Below are positions 1 through 9,991 of a stretch of DNA of 64,000 nt, one piece after another (position 1 is the first letter of the stretch; every line of letters starts with the position of its first letter). Origin of the DNA: a virus (Duplodnaviria > Heunggongvirae > Uroviricota > Caudoviricetes). The translations under genes were made by a program, and so were the position numbers. Location: positions 1 through 64,000 of IMG/VR virus record IMGVR_UViG_3300033146_004404; one strand, 5' to 3'. The notes below the pieces were generated by a model that had not been told where the DNA came from, ran no database searches, and was given only the letters and a program-made list of their open reading frames with translations.

Positions 1-1
1 G

Positions 2-799
2 GGAGGTAGTACGGGCTGGGAAGATGCTTATGTTGGTTCTTACGGAAATCAATTCCATGATGGTTTTCAGAGTGATACAGAGGGGACTATAGCATGTTTA
101 ATGATAACTCCTTCATCTATTGCAGATCAGACAGTAATAATAGCAGGTAATCCATTATTCTTTAAAGATGGTGACTTGAATATGGCTAATGGTGACATAA
201 TCGAGTTTACACAAGATTATTTCGCATTGGGACATACCGGATTTTCAGGCAAATATTCTGCTGCGATTGGTACAAGTGGATGGTTTGTGAACGAATGGGG
301 TAAAATAACCTTAGATTTTCAATATGATATTGGAAGTGGTTGGAACGGAACTTGGTTAGATACAAGAACACCCGCTAATTGGACGAGTATAACAGTAGAT
401 CCGAGCGTTGGAGTAAAATTAAAACATAGATTTACAGCAACAGGTAATCAGAATGACATGAGCATGTTATTGATAGATACTACCACTTCTTTAACTGCTC
501 AAAAGAATAACTTCTATCCGATTGATCAGACGTTAAGAACTTTTTCATTTTCGTTATCACCTGTTCCAACGCAAGTAGATGAGTTAGGGAGTTTGGCAGG
601 TGCAGTTGAGCTACAAGGCACCGAAACAACAAGTTCTAGTAGTCAAAGCTATGAATATGTTTATACTTCTGATATGCCAATAGCTGTTCAAGTTATATCT
701 CAACCAAACAGCGACTATGTAGAAAATACAACTTACTATACTTTAATTGACAGTGATCAGTCAACAAATATACTAATGAAAAAGGATGATAATAACTAA
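2..799 (+). CDS. virion structural / tail-fibre-like protein; 5' end lies outside the window
   Basis: The frame of the ATG at 101 is open back to nt 2, so the gene probably starts upstream. Gly/Thr/Ser/Asn-rich composition typical of fibre and baseplate proteins. Confidence 0.45.
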   Translation, partial: GGSTGWEDAYVGSYGNQFHDGFQSDTEGTIACLMITPSSIADQTVIIAGNPLFFKDGDLNMANGDIIEFTQDYFALGHTGFSGKYSAAIGTSGWFVNEWGKITLDFQYDIGSGWNGTWLDTRTPANWTSITVDPSVGVKLKHRFTATGNQNDMSMLLIDTTTSLTAQKNNFYPIDQTLRTFSFSLSPVPTQVDELGSLAGAVELQGTETTSSSSQSYEYVYTSDMPIAVQVISQPNSDYVENTTYYTLIDSDQSTNILMKKDDNN

Positions 800-1143
800 T
801 GGAAAAAAGAGAATTACTAATAGATTTACAAAATGCCCATGTTACTCAGCTCACAGATTCAGAAGGGGTTAAAAGCCCTTGGCTTGTAAGACAAAATGAG
901 ACAAATGATGATCTCTATAAGTTACCAGGTCATTGGAAAGAAGAAGATGTGTTTACAGCTTTGGATTTTGCAAGAGAGTTTGAGTTAACAGCTTTAAACG
1001 CAGGAATAAGATATGGCAATAGAATGTCAGTAGATGCATTTACTATTGAAAAGAATAATTTATTGAAAGTAATAGAGGGATTAACAGACTCAAATACAAG
1101 ACTTGCTGAAAAACTTGGTAAGTTTATTGGTGAAGAAGAGTAA
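799..1143 (+). CDS. hypothetical protein
   Basis: ORF with ATG overlapping the upstream stop (ATGA-type coupling), suggesting it is operonic with the fibre-like genes. Confidence 0.5.
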   Translation: MEKRELLIDLQNAHVTQLTDSEGVKSPWLVRQNETNDDLYKLPGHWKEEDVFTALDFAREFELTALNAGIRYGNRMSVDAFTIEKNNLLKVIEGLTDSNTRLAEKLGKFIGEEE

Positions 1144-1181
1144 AGATAATAATATAGAAATTAAACAGGAGATAAAATAGA

Positions 1182-2672
1182 ATGAGTGGTATATTAATAG
1201 ATTTAAGTAATTATGATAGTTTGCTTGTACAGAGTACTCAGGGGAGAGCAGGGACCCCTACAGGTAATGTTTTTTTTGATAAGTCAAATGGTAAAATAGA
1301 GTTTATTTTAAACAGTGAATTAGCAACAATAGATTTAACATCTAAAGGTGGAGCAGCAGATGCTGAAAATCAGCTTTACTCTTTAGAAGGAATTAAATTT
1401 GAAGCAATATATGCTTTCGAGAATCAGGAAAGACGTATAGATGAAGATTTAAGAAAGTATGACAGATGGACATCAGGTACATTTAAGTTTGGTGGAGCAT
1501 ACAATTTTATCAATGGTAGAGTACCTTCTTTACCTGCGGATACTTCGATAATTCGAGGTTCTGGATGGAATGAAATTGATGCTGGCGGAACAACACAAAA
1601 GATATATTTTGGTAACAAAGGACTATCAAACATTGAATTAAGCTCACAACCTTATTATATGATTGACTCAAACGCAGTTCCAACATTGAATGATATTGTT
1701 CCAGTAGACTTTGCAAAAGCTGGACAAATCGACGAAGCAGTTTTAGTATATGAAGATGGAGTCTCTGATAAAAGAGCTTACGAAGGTGTTTCGATAAGAA
1801 CCTTTGGATATAACTTTGATAGAAAAGAAACTGTAGCAGATTTAGGTATTGCAGAATTGGGTGGTTATTCTACTGGTTTTGCTTTAAATGAATCCTCACA
1901 TTTAACGTCAGGAGATTACTCTTTAGCAGATGTTTATGGCGGATCCCAGATTTCTCCTTGGACTGGAATGACTCTTGAGAAGTTGGCTTCTGCAGCCAAC
2001 AAAGATGAGTTTGCAGAAGCAGCAGGAAACTTTACTTGGGTTTTAAACAATACTGCTAATGGCTCAATTTATGAAATAGTTGCTTATTTAGATGCTATTG
2101 CTATGCAGGATGAAGATATTGATAATGGTACTGAAACAACTACTTATGGAAAAAGAGTAGGGACTTGGTATTCTTATAATGCGACTGGACAGATTGTTAC
2201 AAAATCAGGAGCAGATACTTTAGGACTTTATTTATATAATGTTCCTGTAGCAGATCAACAGCTAGTAGTATTTACAGATGATTCTGGAAATATTAAGTCT
2301 TATTCATTTACAGTGTCTATAGAAGCAACAGTAGGAGCAACAGCAAAAGGTGATTCAAATGCTTGGTATCATTCATTCTTTGCAGCAGCCTATAATTCAG
2401 CCGGAGCTGTTACAGTAGAAGACTCAGGAGCAGTAGAAGTAAAAGGGAATGCTAGTTCAGCTAATGGAAGTAATAAAATCGTATTTGCTTTTGATTATAC
2501 TGGAGATACAGTTGGTGGCTCAGCAGATACAAATAAGAACTGTGTATTTGTATGTGAAGGTGATGCCGCTGGTGGACTCACAGGAGCAACTCAGGCAAAA
2601 ACTCTTTACACTATTACAAAAGCAACTACAATATCCTTTTCATGCGCACCAGGATCTGAAGCGAACGCATAA
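1182..2672 (+). CDS. tail-fibre-like structural protein
   Basis: 496-aa ORF with GGAG-like RBS; Gly/Ser/Thr/Ala-rich, low-complexity beta-rich C-terminus. A strong hairpin terminator follows at 2678-2716. Confidence 0.5.
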   Translation: MSGILIDLSNYDSLLVQSTQGRAGTPTGNVFFDKSNGKIEFILNSELATIDLTSKGGAADAENQLYSLEGIKFEAIYAFENQERRIDEDLRKYDRWTSGTFKFGGAYNFINGRVPSLPADTSIIRGSGWNEIDAGGTTQKIYFGNKGLSNIELSSQPYYMIDSNAVPTLNDIVPVDFAKAGQIDEAVLVYEDGVSDKRAYEGVSIRTFGYNFDRKETVADLGIAELGGYSTGFALNESSHLTSGDYSLADVYGGSQISPWTGMTLEKLASAANKDEFAEAAGNFTWVLNNTANGSIYEIVAYLDAIAMQDEDIDNGTETTTYGKRVGTWYSYNATGQIVTKSGADTLGLYLYNVPVADQQLVVFTDDSGNIKSYSFTVSIEATVGATAKGDSNAWYHSFFAAAYNSAGAVTVEDSGAVEVKGNASSANGSNKIVFAFDYTGDTVGGSADTNKNCVFVCEGDAAGGLTGATQAKTLYTITKATTISFSCAPGSEANA

Positions 2673-2677
2673 ATATA

Positions 2678-2716
2678 CAAAACCCTATAGCGCTTATTGG
2701 CGCTATAGGGTTTTGA
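2678..2716 (+). terminator. rho-independent terminator
   Basis: aaaccctatagcgc-ttattg-gcgctatagggtttt. Confidence 0.7.
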
Positions 2717-2731
2717 AAAGAGGAAACTATT

Positions 2732-3049
2732 ATGCGAACAAAATTAAGAACACAGCAAATTGTTATAGATATGCCTAAAGAAGGACAAGATATATGGATG
2801 CACATTACTTTACAAAAAATTGATAAAGATGAAGATGGCAATACTGTAAACGTAAGTCCTCGAAATGAACAAATACATAGAACAGCGTCAAAAATGGCAG
2901 CTGACATGTATACTTTTTATGACCCTGTTCAACAAAAAGATATAACAGTCTCCGGGGCAGGAGTTCACATGGCAATAGCAGAAGCAGTTCTAGGTTGGAC
3001 TGCTGAAGAATTTAATGGTACTAGAGAAGGATTGGAAGTTTGGCTATAA
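2732..3049 (+). CDS. hypothetical protein
   Basis: ORF with RBS (aagaggaaac) before the ATG. Confidence 0.45.
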   Translation: MRTKLRTQQIVIDMPKEGQDIWMHITLQKIDKDEDGNTVNVSPRNEQIHRTASKMAADMYTFYDPVQQKDITVSGAGVHMAIAEAVLGWTAEEFNGTREGLEVWL

Positions 3050-4302
3050 TAAGTTACATTGATGGACCTAATAGAGACATTTACTTATCAGCAGATACAG
3101 TAGGGGCATCAATTCACCCAATAGATATATATAAAGAAATGCGTACTCTGAGAAAAAACAATGAAGAGCTAAGGAAATATGATGTTTTTTTATCCGCCTT
3201 TGGTAACGTAGAAAAAGGTGGAGGAAAGTTTACAGAACGATATGTACGTGAAAACCATGGAACTAGAATTATTCCTTATGATACTTCTCATACTTTAACA
3301 ATAACAGGAATAATAATAACAGATGATGGTCAAGAAGGAATATCTTGTTTTGACAGATCTCCTTTAACTTCTACTACTATTGTAGATATAAATTATACTC
3401 CACCACAAGTGGAAATTATAAAAGTTATTACTGGATCTGGAGTAACATCACAAGATAAAATAGATATAATCAATGGAGTACAGGGATTATTGCTTTACTC
3501 TGGAGAGAAAGGACCTGGCATTTGGGTTGATGATAGTGCTTTTAATATCGGTACAGTTCTAGGAACTGATGGAACTCAAAAGAACCCTGTTTCTACAATC
3601 GCTGCAGCAACTACTCTAGCTGACACAATAGGAGTACAAACTCTTTATTTATTAAATGGAATGACAGTTTTACTTGAGCAGTCATATGTAGGCTGGACTT
3701 TTGTTGGGGTTGGAGCAAGTAATGCTATAAACTTAAATGGACAAAATGTTAGAAACTCTAGTTTTAATACTTTAATACTTACAGGTCAACAAGGTGGCAG
3801 TGGCTTAATTTTAGCTTATGACTGTTGGCTTACTAATTTAACTGATTTCCTAGCGTTCGCTGACGGTTGTTGGTTAACTGGAGATAATTCACTAAGAGCT
3901 GGAAGCCATATTTATGATAAATGTAAATCAGCTATTGCCGGAAACGGCACACCTGCTCTCACACTAGCTGAAGAAGACTCAACAAATATTTCTGTAAGAC
4001 ATTATTCTGGAGGATTACAACTTAATAACGGTAGTCTAAATGACACTGTTAGTTATGAGAGTGACGGACAATTAATTATAGATTCTTCTTGTGATAATCT
4101 TGTTGTATCAGCACGTGGTAATATGATTATCACAGATAATGGAATAGACACAAAATTAACTGGAACTGCTGCTATAAATAATAAGACTATAGCTGAATCA
4201 GTTTGGGATGAAGCTGTCGCAGATCATCAACTAGAGGGTTCAACTGGTCACTGGATAAAGAAAAAACTTCTCACTCTGGGAAACTTTATTGGTTTGAAAT
4301 AA
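3040..4302 (+). CDS. tail-fibre / beta-helix-like protein
   Basis: 420-aa ORF with repeated 'CWLT..D' segments and Asn/Gly/Thr-rich repeats, consistent with a receptor-binding or fibre protein. Terminator follows at 4309-4330. Confidence 0.45.
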   Translation: MAIISYIDGPNRDIYLSADTVGASIHPIDIYKEMRTLRKNNEELRKYDVFLSAFGNVEKGGGKFTERYVRENHGTRIIPYDTSHTLTITGIIITDDGQEGISCFDRSPLTSTTIVDINYTPPQVEIIKVITGSGVTSQDKIDIINGVQGLLLYSGEKGPGIWVDDSAFNIGTVLGTDGTQKNPVSTIAAATTLADTIGVQTLYLLNGMTVLLEQSYVGWTFVGVGASNAINLNGQNVRNSSFNTLILTGQQGGSGLILAYDCWLTNLTDFLAFADGCWLTGDNSLRAGSHIYDKCKSAIAGNGTPALTLAEEDSTNISVRHYSGGLQLNNGSLNDTVSYESDGQLIIDSSCDNLVVSARGNMIITDNGIDTKLTGTAAINNKTIAESVWDEAVADHQLEGSTGHWIKKKLLTLGNFIGLK

Positions 4303-4308
4303 TAATTA

Positions 4309-4330
4309 AGTAGCATTTCTGCTACTTTTT
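4309..4330 (+). terminator. rho-independent terminator
   Basis: gtagca-tttc-tgctac followed by a T7 run. Confidence 0.6.
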
Positions 4331-4425
4331 TTATTCTGAGAGAAATTAATTTCTGACATAGAGAACTGTAGTTCTCATTAATAATATAGTAGAAATCGGA
4401 GATTTCTACTAAGTAGGAAATAAAC

Positions 4426-4454
4426 TTGACAAAAAAAGAATAATATGTTATAAT
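4426..4454 (+). promoter_or_regulatory. consensus early promoter copy 1 (TTGACA-17-TGtTATAAT)
   Basis: cTTGACAaaaaaagaataatatgtTATAATtacatatg; precedes 4460. Confidence 0.7.
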
Positions 4455-4459
4455 TACAT

Positions 4460-4903
4460 ATGAAGAAGATAACAGAGATTATTCAATTAAAGGGAATGTC
4501 AGTAGAGGAGCTTGAAGACTTAGCCGCAGAGTTTTCAACTGCTTTAGCTAGTGCGGAAAAAGAAGCTATTAGAATACAGGATTCGATAGAAAGAACATCA
4601 GCTGCTACTTATATGTCAGAGCTTTACTTAAATGATTTGAGAGAATATATAGACGACGCTCTCTTCTTTATGACAGAACTTCAGCTTTTAACAATTTATG
4701 ATTCAATAACAAAAAAATTAGATGATAAAAAAATTAATTATAAAAAAGCTGAAAGCACAGAACTAGAGAATTCTTATGATACGAGCTATGAAAACGGCTA
4801 TTATGATGGTTTTAGCGATGGGAGGCAAGAAGCAGAAAACATTAAAAGAAATTTAAGAGATTTAAAAGATAAGCTTTCAGATGTCATACTAGGAATTGCT
4901 TGA
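4460..4903 (+). CDS. hypothetical coiled-coil protein
   Basis: First gene downstream of consensus promoter copy 1; charged, helical composition. Confidence 0.5.
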   Translation: MKKITEIIQLKGMSVEELEDLAAEFSTALASAEKEAIRIQDSIERTSAATYMSELYLNDLREYIDDALFFMTELQLLTIYDSITKKLDDKKINYKKAESTELENSYDTSYENGYYDGFSDGRQEAENIKRNLRDLKDKLSDVILGIA

Positions 4904-4928
4904 CAAAAAAAGAATAATATGGTATAAT
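4900..4928 (+). promoter_or_regulatory. consensus early promoter copy 2
   Basis: TTGACAaaaaaagaataatatggTATAATtaagtataa; precedes 4956. Confidence 0.75.
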
Positions 4929-4955
4929 TAAGTATAAAGAAAATAAGGGATAAAC

Positions 4956-5306
4956 ATGGCAGAAATTGAATTGAAAGGTGCTTTCTTAGACTCATTAAAG
5001 AGAAATAACGGACAAATAAAAGCAGCAAGAGCTGCAGCAATTGGTGAAGATACCGAAATTGCTTATCGCAGAAAAGTAGAGGATCTTGAAAGTAAAATTA
5101 AAAAAGTTAAAAGAAGAAGAGATAACATGCTTGATCTTTCACCGGAATCAACAGACAGTCTTATACTTGCAAAAGATTTTAAGGAAGATGAATTTGTAGC
5201 CGAAGATATTCGCCTTTCAAGTGAGCTTCGAAATCTTACAATCTCACTTGAAATTGCAAAAGGTAGATATGATTTTCTGTTCGGTTATACAGAAGGGAAT
5301 AAATAA
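4956..5306 (+). CDS. hypothetical protein
   Basis: Consensus promoter copy 2 plus an AAGGGA RBS. Confidence 0.5.
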   Translation: MAEIELKGAFLDSLKRNNGQIKAARAAAIGEDTEIAYRRKVEDLESKIKKVKRRRDNMLDLSPESTDSLILAKDFKEDEFVAEDIRLSSELRNLTISLEIAKGRYDFLFGYTEGNK

Positions 5307-6157
5307 TGGGAAGCGGAACTTATTCAGCAGACAGATCAGCAACAAGAGCTATGATGTATTCAAACAAGGATAGAGACGAGATCTTCGTCAAAAGATCTCA
5401 ATCCAATTTAATGAGACCTTTTGACGCAGTAAGAGAATGTGTTGATTCTCAAGAACACCCAAATACAATCCCAATAATTATAGCTCTGGACGAGACTGGA
5501 TCGATGGGGCATATCCCTGAAGCATTTGTAAGAGATGAGATGTCAAAAATGATGTCCGGACTTTATAGTGCAGGTCTTGGAGATTCACAAGTTCTCTTTA
5601 TGGGAATTGGTGATATTGAAACTGATAGAGCGCCTCTACAAGTTGGTCAGTTTGAAGCTGACGATGAGCTTATGGATAAGTGGCTTAAAGAGATTTATCT
5701 CGAAGGATGTGGAGGTGGAAATGACGGAGAGAGTTATTCCCTTGCTTGGGCATTTGCTGCAAGAGGAACTAAAATCGATTCCTTTGAAAAGAGAGGAAAA
5801 AAAGGTTATCTATTTACAATAGGTGATGAAAACGATCTTCCTTCAGTTAGCAATGGTGAACTGGCAACTCTTCTTGGAACTACTTCCGGAATTGAGAATT
5901 TGTCTGGTCTTACACCAGCTTCTACGTTACTTCAGGAAGCAAGTGAAAAGTATAACGTTTTTCACATCCATACAAAGGAAACAAGAAATGGTTCAAAAAC
6001 AAAAATTCAGGATAGCTGGAAACAGAATCTTGGAGAGAACGTTCTATTTGTAGATTCATACAAGGAAATCGCAAACCTGATAGCTGAAAAAGTTAATCAG
6101 TTTGAGAAAACTGAGCCAGTAGATGAGCCAGTAGTAAGTGAAATACAATTTCTTTGA
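5306..6157 (+). CDS. von Willebrand factor A (vWA) domain protein
   Basis: MIDAS-like motif 'IALDETGSMG' (DxTGS). Confidence 0.55.
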   Translation: MGSGTYSADRSATRAMMYSNKDRDEIFVKRSQSNLMRPFDAVRECVDSQEHPNTIPIIIALDETGSMGHIPEAFVRDEMSKMMSGLYSAGLGDSQVLFMGIGDIETDRAPLQVGQFEADDELMDKWLKEIYLEGCGGGNDGESYSLAWAFAARGTKIDSFEKRGKKGYLFTIGDENDLPSVSNGELATLLGTTSGIENLSGLTPASTLLQEASEKYNVFHIHTKETRNGSKTKIQDSWKQNLGENVLFVDSYKEIANLIAEKVNQFEKTEPVDEPVVSEIQFL

Positions 6158-6182
6158 CAAAAAAAGAATAATATGGTATAAT
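6154..6182 (+). promoter_or_regulatory. consensus early promoter copy 3
   Basis: Identical core; precedes the purA-like gene. Confidence 0.75.
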
Positions 6183-6209
6183 ATTATTATACCATATTAG
6201 GAGAAATAT

Positions 6210-7334
6210 ATGAAAATAGCTGTAATTGGAATGGGTTTTGGAGACGAAGGCAAAGGTTTAGTTACAGACTATATTTGTAATAGTAGAAAAGTAGAATCTG
6301 TAACTAGATACTCTGGAGGACATCAGGCAGCACATTGTGTTGAAGAAGGAGATTTCAAACATATATTTTCCAACTTTGGATCAGGAACATATAGAGGTGT
6401 TCATACTAAATGGAAAGCAAAAACTTGTTATCCATTTAGTATCATGAATGAATATGAACTTTTAATTGATAAAATGCCGAAAGAAAAAATATCAATGACG
6501 ATAGATCCTGATACTCCTGTGACAACTCCATATGATATAGTAGCAAATTCTTTCAATAAGAGGAATATTAAAGATGGGTCTGTAGGGGTTGGTTTTGGAG
6601 AAACAATACAGAGAGAAGAAAACAACGTTCATCTTCACTTTAAGGATATTGCTTTTCCCGAAGTTTACGCAAAGAAAGTTTCTCTTGTAAAAGACTATTA
6701 CGAAAGAAAGATCGATCGTTCGATTGAAGCTCCTATAAGCCAGAAAGCATTTGACCTTTTTTTTACGGATAGCGAAAAAATTTATAAACTTTTCAGTGCT
6801 GAACCTAATATTGATCATAAACCAATAGAGTTGTTTGAAAGTTCACAGGGGCTTTTACTTGATATGGATTATGGATTTTTTCCTAATGTTACAAGATCAA
6901 GAGTTGGTATGCAAGAACTTGACTTTAATGATTCTTGTGATGAAGTTTTTTTAGTTACAAGAGCTTATCAAACAAGACATGGAAATGGATACTGTCAGGA
7001 TGAAGTTTTCTATCCTAATTATGGTGATAGGCCAGAAACAAATGTTACTGGAGAATTTCAGGGTGATTTCAAAACAAGGATTCTTGATCTTGATCTTTTG
7101 AAATATGCTATTGAATCAGATAAGTATTTGAGAAGTCGTGAAAATATAAATCTTGTTATTACTTGTCTTGACCATATAACTAACGGCAGTTATAGATATA
7201 TTGAAAAAGGTGAGCTTTATGAAACAAAGAAGATTTATGAGTTTATTGATAAGATCTGTGAGATAAAGCATTTCAATCAAGTATATGGAAGTTTTGGATC
7301 ATCAGCAGAAAATGTTAAATTGATCTACCGATAA
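6210..7334 (+). CDS. purA: adenylosuccinate synthetase-like protein (divergent, shortened PurA)
   Basis: N-terminal 'GMGFGDEGKG' P-loop (PurA GDEGKGK), 'YSGGHQAAH' (PurA GGHNAGH), and later 'TCLD' resembling the TKLD guanine-specificity motif. Confidence 0.6.
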   Translation: MKIAVIGMGFGDEGKGLVTDYICNSRKVESVTRYSGGHQAAHCVEEGDFKHIFSNFGSGTYRGVHTKWKAKTCYPFSIMNEYELLIDKMPKEKISMTIDPDTPVTTPYDIVANSFNKRNIKDGSVGVGFGETIQREENNVHLHFKDIAFPEVYAKKVSLVKDYYERKIDRSIEAPISQKAFDLFFTDSEKIYKLFSAEPNIDHKPIELFESSQGLLLDMDYGFFPNVTRSRVGMQELDFNDSCDEVFLVTRAYQTRHGNGYCQDEVFYPNYGDRPETNVTGEFQGDFKTRILDLDLLKYAIESDKYLRSRENINLVITCLDHITNGSYRYIEKGELYETKKIYEFIDKICEIKHFNQVYGSFGSSAENVKLIYR

Positions 7335-7366
7335 ATAAAGGAGCCAATTTGGCTCCTTTATTTTTA
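7335..7366. terminator. bidirectional terminator between convergent genes
   Basis: aataaaggagccaa-tt-tggctcctttattttt; A-run and T-run flanks. Confidence 0.7.
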
Positions 7367-8377
7367 GTATGGGAAGTTAGTTAATCCAGTTACACTTACT
7401 TTATGGTACATTGAATTACCATCAGTAACTTTTGTTATTCCGTATCTATTAAAGATAGCTAATTTACTTGAAAAGTTATCAGCATCTGTTTCTAATAAAC
7501 CAGTCATAACTTGATATGGTGAATAAATAATTCCGCTGCTGATATTTCCTTGACATTTTTTACCAACATACATGTCGTATGTTGTAGAGTCAAATGTATT
7601 AACATAAACATCAAGGTAATCTAATTTACCTATTTTGCTTAATACACCAAATTTTGGTTCTGGGCCAGCTACGAAGCCAGGCATTGAAACAACAACCTGA
7701 GCTAAAGTAGTTGGAACGATAACATAATTAGCAAGACCTTTTTTGGTTGCTGTTGCTATGTTTCCTGAAGCTGCCATTATTGCGGTTTTTAATTCATAGA
7801 GTTTGCTTAAGAATGTTTGTGTTGCTTTATCATAAGACCAAGGATACTCTATTGCTGTATGAAAATCTGAGTGTTCTTTTATTGCTTTCAGTACATCATA
7901 ATCAATACCAGAAGCTATTGCAACACCAACGGCAGCAGCTCTTTCTTTATCTAAATTGAACTTCAAAATTTTTAAATCTTGAGCGAGTTCTTTTGTGTAA
8001 TTAAGTAAAGCTTTTCTTGACTTAGCAACGACAATGCTCTCTCTTAATTTTAGAACGATGTTTGGAATGTCAGCATTTTCAGCAGTAGCAGAAAATGCTT
8101 CATCAAACGCAGCGCCTACTTTCAGGCCAGACAAAACATTTCCAGCTCCGTCTTCAACATCAAGGCCATATACTCTTCCTTCCTTAAAACTGACTGGCTG
8201 AGTATCTACCAAGTCTTTACTAGCTATATTTTCTTGAGTAAAGAAAATAAGCGGCTCTATTAGTTCTGGATGAAAACTACTGTTTGATGAAACTGTTCCA
8301 GCTTCATTTAAAGAGTTTTCAAGGATAGCTGAAGCTATCATTTTATCGCTTTCATTTAATTCATTAAAATATTTCAT
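7364..8377 (-). CDS. hypothetical protein (possibly structural or capsid-like)
   Basis: 337-aa ORF on the opposite strand with an AGGAGA RBS; converges on a bidirectional terminator at 7335-7366. No motif recognised. Confidence 0.4.
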   Translation of the reverse strand: MKYFNELNESDKMIASAILENSLNEAGTVSSNSSFHPELIEPLIFFTQENIASKDLVDTQPVSFKEGRVYGLDVEDGAGNVLSGLKVGAAFDEAFSATAENADIPNIVLKLRESIVVAKSRKALLNYTKELAQDLKILKFNLDKERAAAVGVAIASGIDYDVLKAIKEHSDFHTAIEYPWSYDKATQTFLSKLYELKTAIMAASGNIATATKKGLANYVIVPTTLAQVVVSMPGFVAGPEPKFGVLSKIGKLDYLDVYVNTFDSTTYDMYVGKKCQGNISSGIIYSPYQVMTGLLETDADNFSSKLAIFNRYGITKVTDGNSMYHKVSVTGLTNFPY

Positions 8378-8426
8378 TGTAATTTTTCTCCTGTGTTATA
8401 TATATGTATCTTTACATTTGAAAATA

Positions 8427-8455
8427 TTGACAAAAAAAGAATAATATGGTATAAT
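8427..8455 (+). promoter_or_regulatory. consensus early promoter copy 4
   Basis: Identical core; precedes 8485. Confidence 0.75.
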
Positions 8456-8484
8456 TAAGTATAAAGAAAAAGAGGAGATAAATA

Positions 8485-9072
8485 ATGGCGATGATAATGG
8501 CTGATTTTGATAATGTTTTTGTAGGTGCTGTGGTTTATCTTGGTGAAGAAAAACTTTATGTCTACAAAGTAAATAAGAAATCCTTATATGTTGGTTCTAC
8601 TCCTGAAGAAAAAATCAGCAAAAAATGGAATGAAATAAAAAGCAAAGCAGTAACTTGGGTAAAATACATGGAAAGAAATGGCGGAAAGAAACTGTCATTT
8701 GCTGGACTAAAGATTTCTTCAGAGGAAGCTGCAAAAAGAACTGGATTTATGGCAATAAAAGAAGCCAGAGAGTCTGGACGTGATTGGCTCGGAAAGAAAG
8801 GAAGAGAGATTGTTTCAATGCTTCTTAAAAGAGACAAAAAAGGAAAGAACTCTTTAATCTTTCCAAATGAATTTGGAACTCATACCCTTGTATTACTTGC
8901 AATTCATCCTGATAAAAACGGTCAGGTTCTCTTGAGAATAGATCAAACTTATTTCTTCTATGATGAAAAGACTGAATTGTATGATCGGTTTGATTCCTTA
9001 AAGGATAAAGACGGTAAAAATATAATTTGGCCAGATCGCATTCAGGTTGAAAACCTGGCATTAACAGTATAA
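8485..9072 (+). CDS. hypothetical protein
   Basis: Consensus promoter copy 4 plus an AGAGGAG RBS. Confidence 0.5.
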   Translation: MAMIMADFDNVFVGAVVYLGEEKLYVYKVNKKSLYVGSTPEEKISKKWNEIKSKAVTWVKYMERNGGKKLSFAGLKISSEEAAKRTGFMAIKEARESGRDWLGKKGREIVSMLLKRDKKGKNSLIFPNEFGTHTLVLLAIHPDKNGQVLLRIDQTYFFYDEKTELYDRFDSLKDKDGKNIIWPDRIQVENLALTV

Positions 9073-9235
9073 AATAAAAAAAATAATAAATTTAAAAAAG
9101 TACTATTTAAAAAAAACAATATCTTAAAATTCTTGTCGCCGAACGTCCTACCCTAGTATCGGATAAAAACCCCTAGCATATACCATGTATAAGTCTCTCT
9201 ACCTCTTTTTTTTTTATTCTAATTTTATTATTTTT

Positions 9236-9280
9236 TATTTAAATAGATAAAAATTTATCTATTTAAATAAAAAAATGGAG
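9236..9280. repeat. AT-only perfect palindrome
   Basis: tatttaaatagataaaaatttatctatttaaata. Confidence 0.7.
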
Positions 9281-9336
9281 TTTTTTGAGAAAATAGAGGT
9301 TTTTTTTAATTCCTTGTGAAATTCTCAGAAGGGATT

Positions 9337-9365
9337 GACAAAGAAAGTAAAAAATGGTATGATCG
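9337..9365 (+). promoter_or_regulatory. variant promoter TTGACA-17-TATGAT
   Basis: gggaTTGACAaagaaagtaaaaaatggTATGATcgggg; a second -35-only copy of 'gggattgacaaagaaagtaaaa' at 9481-9502. Confidence 0.45.
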
Positions 9366-9372
9366 GGGTAGG

Positions 9373-9915
9373 AGGTAAAAAAAATAATTCACTGGATTTA
9401 GAGTTTTAGGATTTTAACATTTTTTATGGAATTGCTTGTAATTGCTACAAGTGAACTCCGAGTCAGTACCTTGAAAAAAAAAGGGATTGACAAAGAAAGT
9501 AAAACCGCTCAGGAATCCGATGACATAAAGCAGGACTAAACTCCGTCAGCAGGAGTCCGAATTAGATCTTTAATAATTTAGGGAAGGGCGAGAAGACTGG
9601 TCAAACGAGATAGGTTTGTGACAATCTATCTGGTAAAGATCAAGGATTCTCTATATATCGACAATGGTATATTCGGGTTTAACCTCTATTCGAAAGGTAG
9701 GGCGATAGCCATGATTTATACGGTCGAGTAGTCAGTTAAGAGTAAGTGGCCACAGTTCGGATTAGTCCGGATGGCTGGAAATAGCTGAGGAATTGCCGGT
9801 GGAGGGTCTAACGTTCCCAAAATGGATGGCAATTCAAAGTTACGATACAGGTGGGCTGATTATAAAGATATAAAGGATAGTAAAAACCCCATAAGATTAC
9901 CTTATGGGGTTTTGC
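9373..9915 (+). ncRNA. candidate structured non-coding transcript in a GC-richer insert
   Basis: Variant promoter TTGACA-17-TATGAT at 9337-9372. No ORF longer than about 20 codons over roughly 540 nt. Multiple local stems, ending in a rho-independent terminator at 9884-9916. Confidence 0.3.
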
Positions 9916-9916
9916 T
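9884..9916 (+). terminator. rho-independent terminator
   Basis: aaaaccccataag-attacc-ttatggggtttt. Confidence 0.65.
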
Positions 9917-9917
9917 G

Positions 9918-9981
9918 TTCGGATTTTGACAAAATGGAAATGTTTCACGTGAAACATCTGCATTGTGTCAAAATGATACAA
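9918..9981 (+). promoter_or_regulatory. 60-bp palindromic operator/promoter element, copy 1
   Basis: tttTGACAAAATGgaaATGTTTCACGTGAAACATctgCATTGTGTCAaaatgatacaaagg, with nested inverted repeats; directly upstream of the RBS of 9992. Confidence 0.5.
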
Positions 9982-9991
9982 AGGAGGTAAA

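Noticed and set aside
1424-2907. Short minus-strand ORFs nested inside plus-strand genes (1424-1633, 1510-1716, 2626-2907). Further examples occur elsewhere, e.g. 6428-6818, 23737-24072 and 34409-34810.
   Set aside because: They lie antisense within well-supported longer ORFs and lack RBSs. In the tRNA regions they overlap tRNA genes. These are considered six-frame noise.
7364-8377. Assignment of the lone minus-strand 337-aa protein as major capsid protein.
   Set aside because: Only a vague compositional resemblance and no diagnostic motif. It is also isolated from the structural module. Left as a hypothetical, possibly structural, protein.
9373-9915. Group I or group II intron in the ORF-less GC-rich region.
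   Set aside because: No interrupted host gene or exon junctions are evident. No convincing P7/G-binding core or domain V consensus could be identified by eye. Retained only as a generic ncRNA candidate.
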